Shown: positions 58,101 to 64,000 of the stretch, piece by piece
Position numbering within the stretch: position 1 is the first letter of the stretch
How the letters are laid out: every line of letters begins with the position of its first letter
DNA from: Pelagomonas calceolata
Taxonomy: Eukaryota
Direction of reading: 5' to 3'
DNA: 64,000 bases
Assembly (NCBI GenBank): GCA_918797485.1
Contig: CAKKNE010000004.1
Location: 2,294,001 to 2,358,000, forward strand
Translations under genes and position numbers: made by a program
The notes under the pieces: model-generated
Database searches by the model: none
The model's input: only the letters and a program-made list of their open reading frames with translations
What the model was told of the DNA's origin: nothing

Positions 58101-58904
58101 TTAACACAAAAACAGCATGACTAGACGGAAGAGACCCTCCGGGAGCCCAGGTCTCGAAGGCTCGGCGCCGTCGCCCTCGAGCAGGAACGCGGCGAGCGCC
58201 AGGGTCTCCGGCTCGACGCAGAAGACGGGCCTTGCGCGATTCTGCGCCACGAGCCACCGTAGCTCGACGAACGGCAGCCGCGCCTCCCTCACGAGGACGC
58301 GAATGCCGCCTCCGGCCCGGACGCGCCTCAAGTAGGCCGCGACCGCGGCGGCATCCCTTGCTTCTGACTGCTCGGCGAGGTCCCCGGGCTTCTGGCCGTC
58401 GCGCGTGATGCGGTCGAGGTGTTCGAGATCCGCTCCCTTCCGCACAAGGTACTCCGTCACCGCGAGCCTTCCCTCCATCGCCGCGTCGTGGAGCGGCGTC
58501 CAGCCGAGCTCGTCCTCGGCGTGCAGGAATTCGGGCACGAGGCGCAGGATCGTGCGCAGCGCCTCGACGTTGCCCCGCCGCGCGGCGACGTGTGCGAGCG
58601 TTGCGCTGTGCAGCCCCGGCGCCCGCGCCAGCGCCTCGCCGCCCGCCCGGAGCATGTGCGCGCACAGCCGCTCGTGGCCGAGGTCCAGGGCCCGGTGCAG
58701 CAGCGTCGGCGTCCGGAAGTCGTCGTACGGCTGCCGGAAGTCGACGTCGCCCAGCGCTTCGATGCCTCGCACATCTCCTGCATCGATGAGGCTGCGCAGC
58801 GGGTCGGGGACGACGACATTGCTCGCATGAGTGCTTGCGGCGGTGGCGGGCTGCAATTCGTCGAGGGAGAGGGCTGGCAGCGATGTGGCAAGGTCTGGCT
58901 GCAT
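58101..58904 (-). CDS. Ankyrin-repeat protein
   Basis: TLLHRA, TLAHVAARRGN, GWTPLHDAAMEG..YLVRKGAD. Confidence 0.9.
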   Translation of the reverse strand: MQPDLATSLPALSLDELQPATAASTHASNVVVPDPLRSLIDAGDVRGIEALGDVDFRQPYDDFRTPTLLHRALDLGHERLCAHMLRAGGEALARAPGLHSATLAHVAARRGNVEALRTILRLVPEFLHAEDELGWTPLHDAAMEGRLAVTEYLVRKGADLEHLDRITRDGQKPGDLAEQSEARDAAAVAAYLRRVRAGGGIRVLVREARLPFVELRWLVAQNRARPVFCVEPETLALAAFLLEGDGAEPSRPGLPEGLFRLVMLFLC

Positions 58905-59001
58905 TTTTACTGTAGAGAGAGGCTTGATGATGCTAATTGGACATTCCAAGACGTAAAAGTAGTCCAGTTTATAATAAAATGCATCCCTCTCTTGGCGCCG
59001 G

Positions 59002-59023
59002 CTAGTGGCCTACACGACGCTAG
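59002..59023. promoter_or_regulatory. Degenerate CTAG-bracketed motif copy
   Basis: CTAGTGGCCTACACGACGCTAG, between divergent genes. Confidence 0.4.
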
Positions 59024-59287
59024 AGTGAGAGAGCGACGGTCTTTTTTTGCATTTTATCCAGCACCAACTGACCCATTTATACGTAGTACATTCCTGAAAG
59101 GACCTAACGTAAACCGCTTCTCAGTGCCAGTCGCAAAAATCGCAGTCATTTGGTGGCCAGCTTTTTTGCCTCCAAGTGCAGACGAGAGCAAAACCAGCGC
59201 AAACGCCAAGAAGCGCTACACACGCAGCGCACGCCTGGGCTGCGCCATACCTGCATTAGCTGCGCACGCCTCATAACACGAGAAACG

Positions 59288-60121
59288 ATGGCCGCCGCCG
59301 CCCGCGCCACGCTCATCGGCCGCGACGACGCCCACTTCCGCGACCTGCTCGCGCGCCTGCCCGCGCACCTCGTCGCGCCGCCGGACCTCGACGAGGCCGC
59401 CGCCGAGAAGTTCTACAAGAACAAGGGCCAGAAGGCGCCCGAGGCCGAGCGCCGGGCCGCGTCGAAGCAGCGCCGGGCCGAGGCCAAGGCGCAGCGCGAC
59501 GCGAAGCGGCGCGGCGCGGGCGCCGCGCCGGCCGCCGACTTCGACGGACTGGGCGACGCCGAGGACGATCCGGCGCCGGCCGTCGAGCGGACGGGCGAGG
59601 CGATGGCCGACGTGCGGCAGCGGCTCCAGGCGCGGATCGCGGGCCTCAAGGGCACGCGCGGCGCGGGCGAGAAGAAGAAGAAACGCAAGGAGAAGACGAA
59701 GGCGGACGAGCGCCCTGCGAAGCACGCACGCACGGACGCGCCGGAGGATACGAAGGTTGGCGCGCTGCGCGACGCGCGGGCGGACCGGCCGACGCCCAAG
59801 ATGGTCCAGGGCGCTCCTGGGTCTAAAACCCGAAAGCTCAAGGGACTACTGAAGCAGGCCGAGCGCGACGCGGCGGAGGTCCGGCACCTGCGCGCGAGCG
59901 GCCAGGACGCGGCGGCCGACGACCGCCAGTGGGACGAGGCGCTCCGCGTCGCGTCGGGCGAGCGCGCCGCCGTCGACCCGGCGAAGGTGAAGAAGGCCCT
60001 GAAGCTGCGCGAGAAGAAGAAAAAGAAGTCGGCGAAGGAGTGGGCCGCGCGCGGGCGGGCGTCGGCGCGCGCGGTCGCGGCGAAGAAGGTACCCTCGGGG
60101 AAGAGAGTATATGACGACTAA
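59288..60121 (+). CDS. SURF6: Surfeit locus protein 6 / RRP14-like nucleolar protein
   Basis: FRDLLARLPA, RQRLQARIA, WDEAL..ASGE..DP.KVKKALK.REKKKKKSAKEW. Confidence 0.8.
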   Translation: MAAAARATLIGRDDAHFRDLLARLPAHLVAPPDLDEAAAEKFYKNKGQKAPEAERRAASKQRRAEAKAQRDAKRRGAGAAPAADFDGLGDAEDDPAPAVERTGEAMADVRQRLQARIAGLKGTRGAGEKKKKRKEKTKADERPAKHARTDAPEDTKVGALRDARADRPTPKMVQGAPGSKTRKLKGLLKQAERDAAEVRHLRASGQDAAADDRQWDEALRVASGERAAVDPAKVKKALKLREKKKKKSAKEWAARGRASARAVAAKKVPSGKRVYDD

Positions 60122-61099
60122 GACCTGTGGTGACTAAGAGCGTCGTCGTTTTGTGGATTTGGGGTAGTAGAAGCTTACTCGGTTTTGGGGACGCTAGCCT
60201 AGTCCCGGGGGGATGGACGCACTAGAACCAAGCCTCTAAAGGCCCGGATCCGGCGTCACGTCGTCACCGTCAGGTCTGGGAGCAGGGCCTGCCGAGCAAT
60301 GCACGAAACTTTACACGCGCGGTCCGCCGCGCGCGCTGCGGCGTCACCATCACCAGCCGTAGGAGTCCTGGTCCTCCCGCTCATCTATGGACGCCCAGCT
60401 GGGCGCAGCAGAGGCGTGTGATCTCTACAATCAACAACATCTCGAAGCACGCGTCCCGGCGGGCGGCGCGGCGGCGACGCCGGCTTAATTCGGTCGCGTA
60501 GACCTTTCTACGTGCTAGGCGAGCCCGGCGATCCGCCGTGGCGAGCGGTGAGCCGACAAAAAGGCTGTGATGTCAATATTGACCAACTCGCTACTCGTCC
60601 AGACAAGCCCCGGCGCTAACAAGGACTCCTCTCGAGGAGTAAGAAGCGTCCCTATGGGTCGCTGATAACTGCGTAAAGGAGCAGGCTCCAAAACACGGGT
60701 TTTCACCGCATTTAGAATAAGTATAAGCCAGCCTCCGTTCACCGAACTCGTCATTAATAGAAGTTGATCTCTATAAATGCGACGCCTGTGCCGCCCCATT
60801 GGCCCACGACACGCCTAAATGTGTGCAAAAATGTGACTGCAAATGCCTGTGGCATTGATGATCTTCGGACGACGACAACTAGGCGCGTCCTTTCCCCTCT
60901 TCCATATCAACACGTTCACTCCTATCCCCCTCCTTCCCTCTCGTGATAAGCACATTGTAGTATATTTCTGACTTGCGAACGGCCGTCGGACGCGAGTAAT
61001 GGCGTCTTTCTTGGGACGGCGTGTGATTAATATGAGGGCCGGGGACGGGACGGGGCTAGGCGCCTAGTAAAGAAAAGCATACAAATATTATGAGCCCGC

Positions 61100-61240
61100 T
61101 CAGTGGTCCTTCCGCAGCACCTGGTTGATATCTTCCCGCAGGCCCTGGACCTCCAGCAGCAGCCGCGCGTTCGCCGACCGCTGCGCGAGGTAGAGCCAGA
61201 GGAAGCCCGCGGCGACGGCCCACGGCAGGTACGATGGGTG

Positions 61241-61276
<36 letters not shown>

Positions 61277-62518
61277 CCTTTCGGACGACGGCGCCGCGGC
61301 GAGGTGCGCCCGCGCAGCCGCCGCGTAGGCGTCGTAGTAGGCCTGCAGGTCGCTCCGCGACGAGCTCTCGATCTTCCGCTTGAAGATCGTGGACTTGCTC
61401 CACTTGACCTCGAACTCGAACGCGACGTCGACGCCGTCATCCCGCGGCGTCACGACCCACCGATCATGAATCGCGAAGCAGTCTCGGTACGGAATGTCCT
61501 CCATGGACAGCACGCCGTGCAGCACGAGGCCGTGGCGGCCGAAGGCCCGGCACCGTTGGATTTTGGTGGTGCGCGCGCTCTTCGGGCCCATCGGGTTGTT
61601 CAGGAGCCGCCGGAATCTCAACTCGCGGTCGTGTTCCCCGTCGGACGACGCCCACGGCGTGCACGCGACCTCCAAATCACCTTGGTCGACATGAAATTTT
61701 GTGAGCGGAAACCCACACCCATCGGCCAAAAAATGCGCGAAGAATTCGTCGACACTCACTGGCAGTTGACACGTATGCAACGTCTCCGCGAGCTTCGTGG
61801 CGTGCACTTCCGCACCAAACGCCTTGGCCGTGCTCCGCGCGTGCTCGGGCGTGTCCGCGACGTCCGGCGTTGACGGCCGCTCCTGGACGTCGGGCCCGGC
61901 GATGCCCTCGATGCGCTTCAGGAGGTCCTGCTGGGGGAGGGACTCCTGCCGGGCGACGGGCGTCTCGACGTGCGTCTCGAACTTCTCCGCCTCCTCCTTG
62001 GACTCCTGTTGCTGGGTCTCCTCCTCTTCCACGTGGCTCGACGCCGGTTCCAATACCGTTCTATACATCTCGTGGTAGGCCCTCAATAAGTTAAAGCAGT
62101 CGTCCCGGTCCCAGAAGCTCCGGAACACGTACTCTTTTCTTGCGGTAATTACTGCAATGGCATTCGGGATGAACACCGCCGTGTTCTCCTTCGTAACACA
62201 GGTCACGTGCGAATAGGGGATCTTGATCTTCTTCTCGAAGCCGAATAAGTTGGAATAGAAGCAGATGAACCGCTCCGTGACGTAGAGTCTACCGTGCAAC
62301 AGTATTTTCCTTTCGATGGCGCACGAGAAGTCCCTCCGAATGGCCCCGACGTCCCCAAATATGGTCCTGACGATCTCGTCGCGCCACGCCGCCGGGTCCT
62401 GCTTGTCCTCCTCGGTGTCTATCTCTATTTCTTTCGAGCTCGCGCGGCACGCGGGCGTCTTTATTGACGCGCTGTTCTTCCGCCCGAAGCGGTCGCTCGC
62501 GCTGGGGATCTGGCTCAT
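61100..62518 (-). CDS. GRAM + VASt (Aster/GRAMD1/VAD1-like) sterol-transfer protein with C-terminal TM
   Basis: DFSCAIERKILLHGRLYVT..ICFYSNLFG..IPNAI (GRAM); DIPYRDCF..RW (VASt); TM LPWAVAAGFLWLYL. Confidence 0.92.
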
Positions 62519-62713
62519 GGCTGTTATGCAGCGGCGCGCGTCGGCGGAGTAGCGCGCTCTGGCACACTCTTTTTGGGTCAGGCTTTTCAGTTCTCTCCTT
62601 GCGCGGCACGACGCGCGGCGGCTGGGTGGCGCGCTGGGAGAGGACTGTGGCAGTGGTTCTTACGCACGTCGCTAGAGGAGAAAAGCCAGCGCGCACTTTT
62701 CACTCGTGCCAGG

Positions 62714-62840
62714 CTAGTGCATTAATGCCGCTAGCTCACTTGGACATGTAAGCCGGCGAGATGCGTCCGCGGCTCAAATTCGGCACGGCCGTATACGATC
62801 AACGAGCCCGCGGACTGCTCTAGCGAATTACGCACACTAG
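62714..62840. promoter_or_regulatory. Two degenerate, oppositely oriented CTAG-bracketed motif copies (62714-62734, 62820-62840)
   Basis: CTAGTGCATTAATGCCGCTAG and CTAGCGAATTACGCACACTAG, between divergent genes. Confidence 0.5.
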
Positions 62841-63048
62841 CCTTCTGCTCTGCGCTTTGCCAGAGAGCTTGTCTTTTGGGCAGCCGGGAGAGCGCCGCCA
62901 TGGATCGACGTTGAGCCGCAAGCAGGAGCGGGGCAGCCTCTCTCCGCGGGGCAGTGGCCGCTGCAGCCTCCCGCGCCGTCGACGCGTCCGTGTGTGGGCA
63001 AAGGCAGGGCAGTGGCCGCTGCAGACTCGACGCATCCGTGTGGGCAAC

Positions 63049-63588
63049 ATGGGCTTTAGCAGGGGCATCAACTACAGGGGCTCGCAAGGCCTGAAGCGCG
63101 TGGCGACCAAGCACAAGGACCACGCCCACCGCCTGCGCGCCAAGAAGGCGCACCTCACGAGCGGCTTCGCAAAGCATTTGGATTCCCTCCGGAGCTCTTC
63201 TCGGAAATTGCTCAAGAAGCTCAAGGGCGCGAAGGTCGAGCCCGAGGAGCCCCTCGAGCCGAGCTTCGACGAGAAGCTCGATATTCTCTTTACGCGCTAC
63301 GACGCGGACCACTCGGGCGAGATCGACGCCGAGGAGCTCGTGAAGCTGCTCTGGGACCTGACGCCGCCGCGGGAGCGGCCCTTCGTCAAGCCGAACCTCG
63401 GGGACGCGAACTTCATCATGGAGCAGTGCAACGACAACGGCAACGTCGCCTACCTGTCGCGCGACGAGCTGAAGGACGCCGTGCTGCTCTGGCGGCGCAT
63501 CGAGAAGTCGACGCGGCCCTCGCCGACGGACCGGTCGCGGACGGGCCGGCAGCTCGGCGCGTGCTGCCTTAAGTTGTGTTGTGGGTAG
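63049..63588 (+). CDS. EF-hand calcium-binding protein with Cys-rich (lipidation-like) C-terminus
   Basis: FTRYDADHSGEIDAEEL; degenerate second EF-hand; ends CCLKLCCG. Confidence 0.8.
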   Translation: MGFSRGINYRGSQGLKRVATKHKDHAHRLRAKKAHLTSGFAKHLDSLRSSSRKLLKKLKGAKVEPEEPLEPSFDEKLDILFTRYDADHSGEIDAEELVKLLWDLTPPRERPFVKPNLGDANFIMEQCNDNGNVAYLSRDELKDAVLLWRRIEKSTRPSPTDRSRTGRQLGACCLKLCCG

Positions 63589-63613
63589 GCGCTCTTACTA
63601 CAGGAATAGGATC

Positions 63614-64000
63614 CTAGAAGATCTTCTGCGTGGAAGAAGGGCGCGCCTTGAGCGCGTCGAGCTTCGCACGCGTCGCCGCGTCGACGTCCTTGTCGAGGCC
63701 GAGCTCGGCGCGCACCCAGTCCGTGTGCGGGACCGGTTGAGGGGCCACTTTGCACCCCTTCTCCACGTGGGCCTCGCTGAAGGGCAGGAGGCACTTCGCC
63801 GAGACCCAGCCCTCGCCGCCCTCCGCCTCGACGCGGACGCGGCGCTCGTCCGCCGTCGCGTCGACGACCTCGACGAGCGCGTCCTGGGCGAGGACCGCGA
63901 CCTCGCGCGAGTCGAGCGCCGGGCCGGCGCGCACCGTCGCGCCGTTCGGCGCCGCGACGCGGAAGGCCTTGCCGACGCGCGACGCCGCGGGGCTCCAGTC
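63614..64000 (-). CDS. 5'-partial protein with SH3b-like domain
   Basis: ATVRAGPALDSREVAVL..VEVV..RVRV..GWVS. Confidence 0.6.
   Translation of the reverse strand, partial: DWSPAASRVGKAFRVAAPNGATVRAGPALDSREVAVLAQDALVEVVDATADERRVRVEAEGGEGWVSAKCLLPFSEAHVEKGCKVAPQPVPHTDWVRAELGLDKDVDAATRAKLDALKARPSSTQKIF

Noticed and set aside
60760..60975. U3 snoRNA
   Set aside because: Only a C-box-like heptamer; no convincing box A/A'/B or terminal stem.
12..63934. Many long overlapping or antisense ORFs rich in R/A/P/G (e.g. 12-1067, 47902-49419, 56950-58665)
   Set aside because: Shadow frames expected from very high GC and scarce stop codons; no domains, and each overlaps a better-supported gene.

Overview
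Compact, very GC-rich eukaryotic nuclear DNA with about 40 tightly packed, mostly intron-poor genes. Gene content, GC-AG introns and intron-forming MITEs point to a pelagophyte alga (Pelagomonas/Aureococcus-like); this is inference, not a database result. Recognisable genes include a Qc-SNARE, a mitochondrial carrier, a CNBD-type channel, a GT8-like protein, two PAH/Tudor chromatin proteins, a SMARCAD1-like SNF2 helicase, an ion-channel-fused adenylyl cyclase, MsrB-like, TMEM184-like, GPN2, PRIM1, PUS7/TruD, RPLP2, DCD-NYN RNase, a secreted CULT protein, an HD hydrolase, a DGQHR protein, SAM50, OLA1, NOL8-like, a patatin TAG lipase, SURF6, GRAM-VASt and an EF-hand protein. The strongest signals are non-coding. 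(1) A ~21-bp CTAG-bracketed motif (consensus about CTAGCGGCCnGTAAGACACTAG[CAAG]) recurs about 20 times, almost always just upstream of gene starts and never inside CDS. (2) A family of 57-110 bp introner MITEs has terminal inverted repeats and 8-bp target-site duplications and is predicted to splice out precisely, in either orientation. (3) A ~1.8-kb non-coding island (24.5-26.3 kb) combines a terminal inverted repeat, a diverged ~290-bp tandem duplication and a ~450-nt foldback. No rRNA, tRNA, CRISPR array or transposase was recognised. All calls were made by eye; starts and splice sites are predictions.
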